This document shows positions 12,655 through 22,433 of a stretch of 46,400 nucleotides of DNA, piece by piece. The stretch comes from an uncultured Anaerolineaceae bacterium (GTDB taxonomy: Bacteria > Chloroflexota > Anaerolineae > Anaerolineales > E44-bin32). Within the stretch, counting starts at the first letter, position 1, and every line of letters starts with the position of its first letter. The translations under genes were made by a program, and so were the position numbers. Location of the stretch: assembly GCA_964448245.1 (NCBI GenBank), contig CAYUWF010000002.1, positions 1-46,400 on the forward strand. Reading direction: 5' to 3'. The notes beneath the pieces were generated by a model that was given only the letters and a program-made list of their open reading frames with translations, did no database searches and had not been told where the DNA came from.

Positions 12655-12882
12655 ATGCGTCAACTCACCAGCTTCATCGCCGGCGCCATCGCCGGCGCGC
12701 TGATTGGCGGGATCACCGCCCTCTTGCTGGCCCCGACCTCTGGCGAGGAACTCCGCGGCCGAACTCGCGAGCGCTTCAACGAGATCTCGGACGAAGTGCG
12801 CGAAGCCTACTCTGCCAGAGTGGCGCAGCTCGAAGCCGAAGTTGCTCGGCTCCGCTCGGGCAAGAAGACCGAAGCGGCCTGA
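12655..12882 (+). CDS. YtxH domain protein
   Basis: FIAGAIAGALIG...LLLAPTSGEELR; AAGGAGG RBS. Confidence 0.85.
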   Translation: MRQLTSFIAGAIAGALIGGITALLLAPTSGEELRGRTRERFNEISDEVREAYSARVAQLEAEVARLRSGKKTEAA

Positions 12883-12910
12883 ACCCAAGGTCCTCGATCG
12901 TGCTGCAAGA

Positions 12911-12949
12911 GAAAGCGGGACCCGGCCAGCCGGGTCCCGCCTGTTTTCT
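12911..12949. terminator. Terminator hairpin between convergent genes
   Basis: GCGGGACCCGG-CCAG-CCGGGTCCCGC followed by CTGTTTT. Confidence 0.7.
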
Positions 12950-12970
12950 CCCCCGGCCGCGCCCCCCGGC

Positions 12971-15001
12971 TCAGTCGGCCGGCGTCAGGCTGTAGCGATA
13001 GGCCCCCGGCTGCCACGTGTGGCGGGCGGTGCCGGTGATGACGAGCACCGCCTCGTCGCGGATATCCAGCGGCACTTCCACCCGGCCGTTCTCGTCCAAC
13101 GTGAGGTAGGTCACGCGCGGCTGGCCGCCCAACTCGACCAGGGCGGCACGAAAGGTCTGCGGCAGCTGGTTGTAGAGACGCACGAAACCCTCCGCCCCCC
13201 AGCCGCCATCGCCGCCTTCGAAATCCTCGGCGTACCCCAGCGCGTCGAGGCGGACGTCATCCAGCAGGAGTCCTTCCCCGTTGACGGCGGCGTCGGTGAC
13301 GTACTCGAAGCGCACCAGGATCTCCTGGCCGGCATAGGCCGAGAGGTCGACGCGTTCTTGAATCCACTCGGCCTGCTCCCCGCCGCCGCTCATGCCGTTG
13401 TAGCCCCAACCATACGAGTTGCCCGAAGGATCCTCGGTCGTGCCGCTCGGCGTCTCCAGAATCGTCCAGGTCTCACCGCCATCCTGGGAGACCTCCAGGT
13501 AGACGTAGTCGTAGCCTTCCTCGATGTCGTACCAGAGCGAGTATTCCAGAGCGGCCGGCCCGGAGACGTCCGAGAGGTCGAAGGCTCGCGTGAGAGTCAT
13601 GTCGGAGGTGTCGCCGCGATTCGTCCAGAAAGCGAAGTCGCCTGAGTGGGCTTTGGCAGGCAGGATCGGGACGAGCGTCGCACCCTGGAGGGTCAGGTCG
13701 TAGGCCCCTTCGCAGGTTAGCTGGATGTAGTCCACGCCATATTGGCTGACGTTGCGCGCCTGGTCCGTCACCGGGCAGTCGGTCACCGTCTCGGCGTAGG
13801 CCGGTTCGGGGGCGTTGGTATAGGAGGTGTAGCCGTAGCGGCCGTCGGCCAAAGACGGGTTCTGCAGGAGCATGGCCAGCGCCCAGTCGAGGAAGACGTC
13901 GTCGGCGGAGATCGCCTGACCGGTCGGGGGATCGGTGGCGTCCAGTTGGCGCAGGATCTGGTCGATCGAATCGAAGCCGTTGGCCGGGTTGGCCACGAGG
14001 GCCTGGGTCGCCTCCGGGCCGAACCGATCCAGGAAGTACGTCAGCACCAGGAACGCCTGGCCGTAGTGCCCGCTGTTCTCTTCGGTCCCGCCCGGCCAGT
14101 TAGCCAGCGTCTGGTCCGGCTCAACGGCGTACATGAAGTCGAAGCCGCCGATGTCGAAGCCGTTCAGATGCTCGGCGACCATCGAGAAGCCTTCGTTCAT
14201 CCATGTGTCTTCGTTCTGGTCGCGGTACCAGTGGATCATGTGCTGGAACTCGTGTGCCAGGACGCCGGCGGTGTACGCATCGCCCAGGTCGACATTGCCG
14301 GCCATCAGGTAGAACATCTCGTGGCTGTTGGAGTACTCATGGGCCAGGGGCGAGTATTCATCGACCGAGGAGTAGTAGCCGGCCAGGTTGACGCCCAGGC
14401 CGTCGGCCAGCAGGATGTACAGATGGACGTCCCCATCGACGCCCGGAGACCACTCGCTGCCGAAGAACTCCCGGTTGGTCGGATAGGACTGCTGCTCGAA
14501 CTCGTCGACCAGCGCCTCGAGCTCTCCTTGGTCGTACTCCACGCCCTGCTCCACCCAGAAGTAGACGTGGTCGGTGGCGTAGGCCAGTTCGGCGTCGACC
14601 TGGAAGCTCTCCTGCGTGTCGGTGTTGCTCGCCCAGAACGTGCGGACCGTGCCGAGCGGCACAGGCGCGGCGCTCCCGGCCATCACCTCCGGAATCCCCG
14701 CCTGACCTCCCAGCCGTTCGGCCAGGGCGATGGGATCGGCGATCGGTACGACCTCCGCCTGGAGCTCATCGTGGACAGCGCGCGCTTCCGGCGGGACCTC
14801 TTCGCTGGACCACGACGAGTCCCGAACGTCCGGAGTCGGCGCGAGCGGCGGCGGTACCCGCGTCGGGCTGACCTCGACGCTGGTGGTGGTGAGGTAGATG
14901 GAGGCGCCTGTCGCCACCAGAACCAGGCACAGGCAGCAGACGAGCGCCAGGATGACGGCCGCGACAATCCACACAACGGTACGATTTTGCGATGTCGACA
15001 T
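12971..15001 (-). CDS. Membrane-anchored immune inhibitor A/M6-like zinc metallopeptidase
   Basis: N-terminal TM, HEFQH...WMNEG zinc motif, YDIEEGYDY and RFEYVTD C-terminal domain. Confidence 0.8.
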   Translation of the reverse strand: MSTSQNRTVVWIVAAVILALVCCLCLVLVATGASIYLTTTSVEVSPTRVPPPLAPTPDVRDSSWSSEEVPPEARAVHDELQAEVVPIADPIALAERLGGQAGIPEVMAGSAAPVPLGTVRTFWASNTDTQESFQVDAELAYATDHVYFWVEQGVEYDQGELEALVDEFEQQSYPTNREFFGSEWSPGVDGDVHLYILLADGLGVNLAGYYSSVDEYSPLAHEYSNSHEMFYLMAGNVDLGDAYTAGVLAHEFQHMIHWYRDQNEDTWMNEGFSMVAEHLNGFDIGGFDFMYAVEPDQTLANWPGGTEENSGHYGQAFLVLTYFLDRFGPEATQALVANPANGFDSIDQILRQLDATDPPTGQAISADDVFLDWALAMLLQNPSLADGRYGYTSYTNAPEPAYAETVTDCPVTDQARNVSQYGVDYIQLTCEGAYDLTLQGATLVPILPAKAHSGDFAFWTNRGDTSDMTLTRAFDLSDVSGPAALEYSLWYDIEEGYDYVYLEVSQDGGETWTILETPSGTTEDPSGNSYGWGYNGMSGGGEQAEWIQERVDLSAYAGQEILVRFEYVTDAAVNGEGLLLDDVRLDALGYAEDFEGGDGGWGAEGFVRLYNQLPQTFRAALVELGGQPRVTYLTLDENGRVEVPLDIRDEAVLVITGTARHTWQPGAYRYSLTPAD

Positions 15002-15111
15002 GATTCTCCCCAAACAAGTCGGGGGATTATAGCCGCGCTGGGCGCCGGCTCAGGCTAACGTTTCGTTAGAGCCTTGGGCGATCACTCCGGCCGTTCGGGA
15101 GCGGGCCGGTG

Positions 15112-15519
15112 TCAGTCGCCGTGCGTCTCGGGGACGACTGCCACGGCCTCGATCTCGACTGCCGCCCCGCCCGGCAGCGCGCCGACCTGGATCGTCGAGC
15201 GGGCGGGCGGATCGATGGGGAAGAACTCGGCGTAGACCGCATTCATGGCGGCGAACTGGCCGAGATCGACGAGGAAGACCGTCGTCTTGACGACATGCGC
15301 CGGCGATGTGCCGCCGGCGCGCAGGGTCGCGGTCAGATTCGCCAGGGCCTGGCGCGTCTCGGCTTCGACTCCTCCGGGGACGAGTTTCCCGGTGGCCGGA
15401 TCATTGCCGATCGTGCCCGAAGTGAATACCCAGCGGCCGCTGCGAACGCCGTGCGAGTAGGGCCCGAGAGGCTTGGGGGAACGCTCCGGCACCAGCACTT
15501 CACGTTTTTTCGAGTCCAT
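15112..15519 (-). CDS. ridA: RidA/YjgF family enamine deaminase
   Basis: GPYSHG, VVKTTVFL, PPARSTIQV, VEIEAVA. Confidence 0.9.
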   Translation of the reverse strand: MDSKKREVLVPERSPKPLGPYSHGVRSGRWVFTSGTIGNDPATGKLVPGGVEAETRQALANLTATLRAGGTSPAHVVKTTVFLVDLGQFAAMNAVYAEFFPIDPPARSTIQVGALPGGAAVEIEAVAVVPETHGD

Positions 15520-15599
15520 CGGTGTTGCTCCGTGGATGGCCAGAGGGATTGTACGCCATGACGCCATCCCGACCGCGGCGGCACGATCTCGAGGAATCG

Positions 15600-15731
15600 C
15601 CCCTCACCCTTTCCCTCTCCCCTCCGGGGAGAGGGAGACTCGCGCAATCCTTCTACCCTCTCCCGTTAGGGGGAGAGGGGGCTCGCGGTTCCTGCGGCCC
15701 TCTCCCCTTGGGGAGAGGGTGGGGTGAGGGG
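15600..15731. repeat. Tandem REP-like hairpins CCCTCTCCC-N-GGGAGAGGG (three)
   Basis: Three hairpins bounded by CCCTCACCC and GGGGTGAGGG. Confidence 0.7.
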
Positions 15732-15777
15732 TAATCGCCGCTTGAGTCGCACCTACACATGCTCAAGGGACACGGCC

Positions 15778-18288
15778 CTACGTCACGATGTTGACCAGCC
15801 GCCCCTCCACGTAAACGACCTGCCGTGGTGCCTTGCCTTCCAGATGGCGCTGCACAGTTTCCGACGCCAGGGCGCGGCGGCGAGCCTCGTCCTCCCCGAT
15901 CCCGGCCGGCACCTTGATCCGGTCGCGCACTTTGCCGTTCACCTGAACCACCAGCGTCATCTCCTCCGTAACGAGAGCCGCCGGGTCGAAGGCCGGCCAG
16001 TCCTGCTGATGGACGGAGTACGGCTTGCCCAACCTCGCCCACAGCTCCTCCGCCAGATGCGGCGTCAGCGGCGCCAGAAGCAGGACCAGGGTCTCGACCG
16101 ACTCACGGAACCCGGGCGTCCCGGCCAACTTCGCTTGGCGCGCTTCGGCCACGGCGTTGGTCAGTTCCATCAAGGCCGAGACGACCGTGTTGAACTCGAA
16201 GCGCTCCATATCCTCGGACACCTGGCGGATGGCGGCATGCGTGCGCCGCCGCAGCATAGCCAGGCCGGCCAGGTGGGACGACCCGCCCGCCTCGGCGGCC
16301 GCCTGGTCCGATGATTGTCCGGCGGTCTCCAGCACCAGGCTCCACAGGCGGTGCAGCCAGCGCACGACGCCCTGGATGTTCTCGGCGCTCCACGGCCCGC
16401 CCTCGGACCAGCGATAGCCGAACATCAGGTAGGCCCGCACGACATCGGCGCCATAGCGCCCCACCTGCACGTCGGGATCGATGACGTTGCCGCGCGACTT
16501 GCTCATGCGCTGGCCGTCCGGGCCCAAGATGTGACCCTGGTTGCGCAGTTGGCGCATCGGCTCGGGGCCTTTGGTAATGCCCATGTCGCGCAGCGCCTTG
16601 TGGAAGAAGCGCGTGTAGATCAGGTGCATCGTGGCGTGCTCGGCGCCGCCGGTATAGGTGTCGACCGGCATCCAGTAGTCGTACTGGCGCGGGTCGAAGG
16701 GCCCCTGCTCGTAGTGCGGGCTCAGGTAGCGCAGGTGGTACCAGGAGGAGCACATGAAGGTGTCCATCGTGTCCGTGTCGCGTTCGGCCGGCGCGCCGCA
16801 GCGCGGACACGTGGTCTGCCTCCATGTCGGATGCAGCTTGAGCGGGCTCTCCCCCGTCGGCCGCCATTCGACGTCGTCGGGCAGCAGCAGCGGCAGTGCC
16901 GCTTCCGGCACCGGCACCTGACCGTGCTCGGGGCAATAGATAATGGGGATCGGCGCGCCCCAGTAGCGCTGCCGCGAGATCAGCCAGTCGCGCAGCCGGT
17001 AGTTCACCGCCGCTTCGCCGACACCCTTCGCCTCCACGAAGGCGATCGTGGCCGGGATGGCACGGTCCGCCGGAGTGCCATCGAGCGCACCCGAGTTGAT
17101 CATGGCCCCGTCGGCTGGCACGGCCTCGGCCATCGTCATTCCATCGAGGGCAGCGACGCCGGCCGGTAGGATGACCGGCCGAACGTCCAGGCCGAACGTG
17201 CGGGCGAATTCGAAGTCGCGCTGGTCGTGCGCCGGCACGGCCATGATGGCGCCCGTGCCGTAGGTCAGCAGGACGTAGTCGGCGATCCACACCGGGATGC
17301 GCTCGCCGTTGACCGGGTTGACGGCGTAGCCGCCGGTGAAGACCCCCGTCTTCTCCTTGTTCGTCGCCTCGCGCTGGATCTCCGACTGGCGCAGCGCCTG
17401 TTGGATGTAGGCCTCGACCGCCGGCCGCTGCGCCGCGCTGGTGAGCCGGTCCACCAGTGGATGCTCCGGGGCCAGCACCATGAAGGTGGCCCCCCACAGC
17501 GTGTCCGGCCGGGTGGTGAAGACCTCGATCGGGTTTCCCTGCTCCGTGGCAAAGCGCACCCGGGCGCCCTGGCTGCGGCCGATCCAGTTCGTTTGCGCCA
17601 CGCGCACCGGCTCCGGCCAGTCGATCGAACGGAAGTCGAGCAGCTCGTCGGCGTACTTGGTGATGCGGAAGAACCACTGCTCGAGGTCCTTCTTGATCAC
17701 CGGCGTATGGCAACGTTCACATACCCGTTCCTCGCCGATGACCTGCTCTCGGGCCAGCGTGGTGTTGTCCTTCGGGCACCAGTCGACGGGCGACATCTTC
17801 TTGTAGGCCAGACCGTGCTCGAACATCTTGAGGAAGAACCACTGGGTCCAGCGGTAGAACGGGGGGTCGGCCGAGATCGCCTGGCGCGGCCAATCCCAGC
17901 CGGCGCCCATCGTGCGCAGCTGGCGGCGCATGTTGTCGATGTTGCGGTAAGTCCACTGCTTGGGATGGATGCCGCGGTCGATGGCGGCGTTCTCGGCCGG
18001 CAGGCCGAAGGCATCGAAGCCGATGGGAAAGGTGACGTTGTAGCCGCGCATGCGCAGGTAGCGGGCGCGGGCGTCCGACGGCGCCATGGCGAACCAGTGG
18101 CCGATGTGAAGATCGCCCGAGGTGTAGGGCAGCATAGTCAGGAAATAGAACTTCTTCTTGGACGGGTCGATCTGGGCCGAAAAGAGTTGGTCGGCTTCCC
18201 AGCGCTTCTGCCAGCGCGGCTCGATCTCAGCCGGGTTGTAGCGGTCGATCGGGGGGCGCACCTTCTCAGGCGTAGGCGAAGTCGCCAT
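15778..18288 (-). CDS. leuS: Leucine-tRNA ligase
   Basis: LHIGH, DWLISRQRYWG, RMSKSRGN, VQVNGKVR; GGAGG before ATG 18288. Confidence 0.97.
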   Translation of the reverse strand: MATSPTPEKVRPPIDRYNPAEIEPRWQKRWEADQLFSAQIDPSKKKFYFLTMLPYTSGDLHIGHWFAMAPSDARARYLRMRGYNVTFPIGFDAFGLPAENAAIDRGIHPKQWTYRNIDNMRRQLRTMGAGWDWPRQAISADPPFYRWTQWFFLKMFEHGLAYKKMSPVDWCPKDNTTLAREQVIGEERVCERCHTPVIKKDLEQWFFRITKYADELLDFRSIDWPEPVRVAQTNWIGRSQGARVRFATEQGNPIEVFTTRPDTLWGATFMVLAPEHPLVDRLTSAAQRPAVEAYIQQALRQSEIQREATNKEKTGVFTGGYAVNPVNGERIPVWIADYVLLTYGTGAIMAVPAHDQRDFEFARTFGLDVRPVILPAGVAALDGMTMAEAVPADGAMINSGALDGTPADRAIPATIAFVEAKGVGEAAVNYRLRDWLISRQRYWGAPIPIIYCPEHGQVPVPEAALPLLLPDDVEWRPTGESPLKLHPTWRQTTCPRCGAPAERDTDTMDTFMCSSWYHLRYLSPHYEQGPFDPRQYDYWMPVDTYTGGAEHATMHLIYTRFFHKALRDMGITKGPEPMRQLRNQGHILGPDGQRMSKSRGNVIDPDVQVGRYGADVVRAYLMFGYRWSEGGPWSAENIQGVVRWLHRLWSLVLETAGQSSDQAAAEAGGSSHLAGLAMLRRRTHAAIRQVSEDMERFEFNTVVSALMELTNAVAEARQAKLAGTPGFRESVETLVLLLAPLTPHLAEELWARLGKPYSVHQQDWPAFDPAALVTEEMTLVVQVNGKVRDRIKVPAGIGEDEARRRALASETVQRHLEGKAPRQVVYVEGRLVNIVT

Positions 18289-18327
18289 TCGTTCCTCCCA
18301 GCCTTCTCGGCCGAGGCCCGGCCGACG

Positions 18328-18390
18328 AAAAGGAAACCCCTCCGCCCGCACAGGGACGGAGGGGGCTCCGTGTTGACCTACTACTCCTGC
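18328..18390 (-). terminator. Intrinsic terminator overlapping a vestigial T-box antiterminator upstream of leuS
   Basis: Minus strand reads AGGAGTAGTAGGTCAACACGGAGC-CCCCTCCGTCCC-TGTGC-GGGCGGAGGGG-TTTCCTTTT. Confidence 0.6.
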
Positions 18391-18408
18391 CCTGGCTCAG
18401 ATCATGGG

Positions 18409-18484
18409 GTAGCCGCAGGCTTCAGCCTGCGCCGCGGCCGCCCGGACTAACTGCGAAGCGTCCCCTAGGGAAGCCCGGGACTAC
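18409..18484. repeat. GTAG-type REP element
   Basis: GTAG-C-CGCAGGC-TTCA-GCCTGCG ... ending in CTAC. Confidence 0.55.
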
Positions 18485-18494
18485 ATGCTTGGAG

Positions 18495-18567
18495 TGGACC
18501 CAGTGGGATTCGAACCCACGACCTTCTCAATGCCATTGAGACGCGCTCCCAACTGCGCTATGGGCCC
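18495..18567 (-). tRNA. tRNA-Ala(GGC)
   Basis: GGGCCCATAGCGCAGTTGGGAGCGCG-TCTCA-AT-GGC-AT-TGAGA...GGTTCGAATCC...GGGTCCA; G3:U70 pair; CCA not encoded. Confidence 0.95.
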
Positions 18568-18568
18568 G

Positions 18569-18644
18569 TGGTGGACCTGGCGGGATTCGAACCCGCGACC
18601 TCTTCAGTGCGATTGAAGCGCGCTCCCAACTGCGCTACAGGCCC
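18569..18644 (-). tRNA. tRNA-Ala(CGC)
   Basis: GGGCCTGTAGCGCAG...CTTCA-AT-CGC-AC-TGAAG...GGTTCGAATCC...GGTCCACCA; G3:U70 pair. Confidence 0.95.
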
Positions 18645-18660
18645 GCGTCGGCGTTCGAAG

Positions 18661-18690
18661 ATTGTACCCGCGGCGACGCGAGGGTGTCAA
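18661..18690 (-). promoter_or_regulatory. Sigma70 promoter of the tRNA pair
   Basis: TTGACA-18 bp-TACAAT on minus; a divergent TATAAT at 18722-18727 precedes the peptidase gene. Confidence 0.7.
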
Positions 18691-18750
18691 GGAATGCATC
18701 GCCGCCGCGCTCGCTCCGGGCTATAATGCCCAGCCTTCAGCGAGCCACCG

Positions 18751-19872
18751 ATGAGTGCAGACTACCGCGAACGAATTCGTCGCCTGACGGAATCCCTGCC
18801 GACGCATGAGTTGGACGGGGTTATCCTGATGCCCGGTCCCAACCTGCGCTACACCACCGGCTTGTCTTTTCACTTGATGGGCCGTCCGACGCTGGCCTTC
18901 GTCACGGTCGATCAGCCGCCGCTTCTGCTCGTGCCGGAACTGGAGAGATCGAAGGCGGAGGGGAACGCCATCGGGGCCAGTGTGAACACCTACGGCGAAG
19001 ACCTGGCCTCGCGCCAGGCGACCTTCGCCGCGGCCGCCGCCGCACTCGGGCTCGGCCGACGGCGGATCGGCGTTGAACCCCTGCGGATGCGCTGGCTCGA
19101 GGAGCGTCTGCTGGAAGAGGCCGCCCCGGGTATCCGCCTGCAGAGCGCCGAGGCCGTGCTCGAACCGATGCGCGCAGAGAAATCCCCGGAGGAGGTCGCC
19201 GCCATCGCGCAGGCCGTGGCCGTTGCGCAGTCGGCGCTCGGCCAGACGCTTCCCGCGATTCGCCTCGGGATGACCGAGGTAGAGCTGGCGTCCGAGCTCA
19301 CCCTGCAGCTCCTGCGGGCGGGATCCGAGACGGAACTGCCCTTCTCGCCGATCGTCGCCTCCGGCCCGAACACAGCCCTGCCCCACGCGGTCCCCACCGG
19401 CCGCGCCCTTCAGCCCGGCGACCTGCTGATTCTGGATTGGGGGGCGACCGTCGGCGGTTATATCTCCGACCTGACCCGGACCTTCGCCATCGGATCGCTC
19501 GATCCGGAATGGCAACGCATTCACCAGGTCGTCGTCGAGGCCAACACCGTCGGCCGCGCCGCCGCCGGGCCGGGCGTGGCGTGCCGCACGGTCGACGCCG
19601 CCGCGCGCGCAGTGATCGAGACCGCCGGCTATGGTCCGGCCTTCATCCATCGCACCGGCCACGGCATCGGCCTAGAAGCGCATGAAGCGCCCTATCTGCG
19701 CGGCGACAATCCGGCCCTCCTGCGCCCAGGGATGACCTTCACCGTCGAACCTGGCATCTACCTCCCCGGCCGCGGCGGCGTGCGCGTCGAAGACAACATC
19801 GTCATCACCGGCGAAAGCGCCACGACCCTCAGCACCCTGCCGCGAGCGCTGCAGGCCTTGCCCGTCGGGTGA
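18751..19872 (+). CDS. Xaa-Pro aminopeptidase/dipeptidase (M24B)
   Basis: Creatinase-N domain, LPHA, DWGA..GGYISDLTRT, HRTGHGIGLEAHE, TVEPGIY, GVRVED. Confidence 0.92.
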   Translation: MSADYRERIRRLTESLPTHELDGVILMPGPNLRYTTGLSFHLMGRPTLAFVTVDQPPLLLVPELERSKAEGNAIGASVNTYGEDLASRQATFAAAAAALGLGRRRIGVEPLRMRWLEERLLEEAAPGIRLQSAEAVLEPMRAEKSPEEVAAIAQAVAVAQSALGQTLPAIRLGMTEVELASELTLQLLRAGSETELPFSPIVASGPNTALPHAVPTGRALQPGDLLILDWGATVGGYISDLTRTFAIGSLDPEWQRIHQVVVEANTVGRAAAGPGVACRTVDAAARAVIETAGYGPAFIHRTGHGIGLEAHEAPYLRGDNPALLRPGMTFTVEPGIYLPGRGGVRVEDNIVITGESATTLSTLPRALQALPVG

Positions 19873-19900
19873 TGGCTCGGCCGTCGGCGGGTCCTCCGGC

Positions 19901-21058
19901 ATGAGCCGCGATCTTCGCCTGCTGGCCCTCTCCCTCTTCCTGTGGGGGATCGGGGAGGGTCTGTTCTTCTACCTGCAGCCGGTCTATCTCACGCAGCTCG
20001 GCGCCGGTGCGGTCCAGGTAGGTTTCATCCTGGGGCTGGCCGGCGCGGCGATGGCCATCACCCACATCCCGGCCGGGATCGTGGCCGACCGTTTCGGCCG
20101 CAAGACGATCATGGTCGTCGCCTGGTTGTTCGGCGCCGTCGCCTCGGTATTGATGTTTCTGGCGACCGACCTGCGGCTGTTCGTCGCCGCGCTGGTCCTC
20201 TACAGCCTGACAGCCTTCGTGATGTCCCCGCTGTCAAGCTACGTCACGGCGGCCCGGGGCCCGTGGAGCGTCGGCCGCGCGCTGACGGGCGTGGCGGCCG
20301 CGTTCAGCGCCGGCTCCGTCATCGGCCCGGTCACCGGCGGCCTGCTCGCCGCGCAATTCGGGATTCGCCCGCTCTTCGGGATCGCCGCCGTTCTATTCGT
20401 GTTGTCGTCGGTCCTGGTCTTCCTCCTCAGCGATCAGCCGACGGAGCCGCACCGCGCCGAAGGTCGATTCCGCCCGCTGCTGAGCAACCGGGCGGCGGCG
20501 CGCATCCTGGTCGTCATCTTCGCCTCGATGCTAGCGCTCACCCTGAGTTGGCCTCTCACCCCGCTCTATCTGAACGAGGTGCGTAACCTCTCGGTGGCCC
20601 AGGTCGGAGCGATGGGATCCTTCTTCGCGTTGGGTATCGTCATCCTCAACCTGACTCTGGGAAGGTTGCCGGCACGCCGGGGCTCAATGATCGGCCAGGT
20701 CCTGGTGGCGGGCTCGGTCCTGCTGTTGTGGAAGGGGATGTCCCTGCCGGCCTATGCCGCCGGGTACTTCTTGGCCGGCGGGTCGCGGACGGCACGCAGT
20801 CTGTTGAGCACCCAGCTGGAACGGGTCGTCGAGCGGTTCCACCTGGGTTTGGCATTCGGCGTGGCAGAGACCGTCGCCTCCAGCGCGCTCATCGTCGCCC
20901 CGCTTCTCGCCGGCCTGCTGTACCGAGCCGACCCCACCTCGCCGTACCCGGTGAGCCTGGTGTTGATCGCCGGCTCGCTGGCGCTCTCAGCCCGGCTGCT
21001 TCCAGCGGATCGGGAGACCGGAGCCTCCACTCGGGCGGCACTCGAAACCGAGGGCTGA
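19901..21058 (+). CDS. MFS transporter
   Basis: About 12 TM helices; motif A GIVADRFGRK. Confidence 0.88.
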   Translation: MSRDLRLLALSLFLWGIGEGLFFYLQPVYLTQLGAGAVQVGFILGLAGAAMAITHIPAGIVADRFGRKTIMVVAWLFGAVASVLMFLATDLRLFVAALVLYSLTAFVMSPLSSYVTAARGPWSVGRALTGVAAAFSAGSVIGPVTGGLLAAQFGIRPLFGIAAVLFVLSSVLVFLLSDQPTEPHRAEGRFRPLLSNRAAARILVVIFASMLALTLSWPLTPLYLNEVRNLSVAQVGAMGSFFALGIVILNLTLGRLPARRGSMIGQVLVAGSVLLLWKGMSLPAYAAGYFLAGGSRTARSLLSTQLERVVERFHLGLAFGVAETVASSALIVAPLLAGLLYRADPTSPYPVSLVLIAGSLALSARLLPADRETGASTRAALETEG

Positions 21059-21060
21059 AG

Positions 21061-22026
21061 ATGGACGGATGGTTAAAGTTGGGAACCGACGGGATCGTCG
21101 CCCTCCAGGCAAACGGCGGCCTGCTCCTGACACAGTCAATGGAGTCTTTCACGTTCCTCGGGGGCGAGCTCTTCTACTTGCTGGTGATGCCGGCCGTGCT
21201 GTGGTGTTTCAGCGCCTCCCTGGGGATTCGCCTCGGCCTAGCCCTGCTGACGAACGCCAGCCTCAACGCCGTCCTCAAGCTGGCCTTCGGCCTGCCGCGG
21301 CCTTTCTGGGTCGACGGGCGCATCCGCGCGCTGTCGGTGGAGACATCGTTTGGGCTCCCCTCCGGCCATGCGCAAAACGCCGTCGTGTTGTGGGGTTACC
21401 TGGCGTATCGCATCCGGCGGTGGTGGGCGACCGTCCTCGCCGCGCTCCTGATCTTGGCGATTTCTTTCTCGCGCTTCTACCTTGGCATGCACTTCCCCGC
21501 CGATGTCGTCGCCGGCTGGATCGTCGGCGCGTTGCTGCTGGCCCTGTTCGTCCTTCTCGAAGAGCCGATCGGCCGCTGGCTGAAGAAACGGAAGCTGACG
21601 ACTCGTCTCCTGGTCGCCGTCCTCTTCTCTCTCGGATGGCTGGGGTTGGGATGGCTCGCCGCGCAATCCTCGGCGGGGAAGATCCTGCCGGCTGAGTGGG
21701 CCGAGCATTTCGCGCGGGCGTTGGGCGGAGGGATCGCGTTCCTGCCCGGCTCCCTGGAAGACATCGTGGCTGGGACCGGGGCCATGATGGGTTTTTCCGT
21801 CGGAGCCGTGCTGCTCGACGAATGGGATCGATTCAGAGACGGGAGCGGCACGTGGCTGCGTCTGGCGAGGTTCTTTGTCGGGCTGGTCGGCGTCCTGGCG
21901 CTGCAGCTCGGGTTGAATGCCCTGCTTCCGGAAGGCGAGGCATTCCGGTTCCTGCGCTACGGCCTGCTCGGCCTATGGATCTCCTACGGGGCGCCGCGGG
22001 CGTTTCAGGCCTTTCGCCTAAGCTAA
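21061..22026 (+). CDS. PAP2-family phosphatase
   Basis: KLAFGLPRP, PSGH, SRFYLGMHFPADV. Confidence 0.9.
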   Translation: MDGWLKLGTDGIVALQANGGLLLTQSMESFTFLGGELFYLLVMPAVLWCFSASLGIRLGLALLTNASLNAVLKLAFGLPRPFWVDGRIRALSVETSFGLPSGHAQNAVVLWGYLAYRIRRWWATVLAALLILAISFSRFYLGMHFPADVVAGWIVGALLLALFVLLEEPIGRWLKKRKLTTRLLVAVLFSLGWLGLGWLAAQSSAGKILPAEWAEHFARALGGGIAFLPGSLEDIVAGTGAMMGFSVGAVLLDEWDRFRDGSGTWLRLARFFVGLVGVLALQLGLNALLPEGEAFRFLRYGLLGLWISYGAPRAFQAFRLS

Positions 22027-22084
22027 GCCGCCGGCGGGCGGGCCTGCCCGAGCCGGCGACGCCCCGGCCGGCGTCCTGCCTGAT

Positions 22085-22342
22085 CTACACCGGGTCTGGA
22101 TTCGGTTCTCGTCTCAGGATGGCCTCCACCAGGTCGTTCATGTCATGAGAGGCGGCGCGGGCCTCGGCGACGATCGCCGTATGTAAACGAACGGCCCTGG
22201 CCCCTGTCAACCTGTCCTTGGCCGGGCTGCTCACGATAACGGAGACTATCTCCAGGGACGCCTCCAGCTCCCCTTGCTTCCAGAACTTCTCCGCCCAGCC
22301 GACCACGCCCGATTCGATCAACAGCGGCCGCCGATCTCGCAT
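22085..22342 (-). pseudogene. Probable C-terminal fragment of a TPR/ATPase-type protein
   Basis: Helical 85-aa ORF with no clear RBS at the core/accessory boundary; family by recall only. Confidence 0.3.
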
Positions 22343-22410
22343 ACCAGCTCGAGAGACTCGCGCAGCCGTTTGCTGGCCTCGAGGGTAGGCGTCAGTCGCA
22401 GAAGGTCAAT

Positions 22411-22433
22411 CTGGCTAACCGACTGTTACCCAG
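22411..22433. other. attI-like simple recombination site
   Basis: CTGGCTAAC-CGACT-GTTACCCAG: 8/9 inverted repeat, TAAC-N5-GTTA, 150 bp before the first attC. Confidence 0.35.

Noticed and set aside
12919-12936. 18-nt identity (GACCCGGCCAGCCGGGTC) with the attC at 22584
   Set aside because: No R''/R' boxes; it is explained as a terminator between convergent genes.
18495-22400. tRNA-Ala as the integration site of the accessory region
   Set aside because: Three core-type genes intervene and I saw no duplicated tRNA 3' end.
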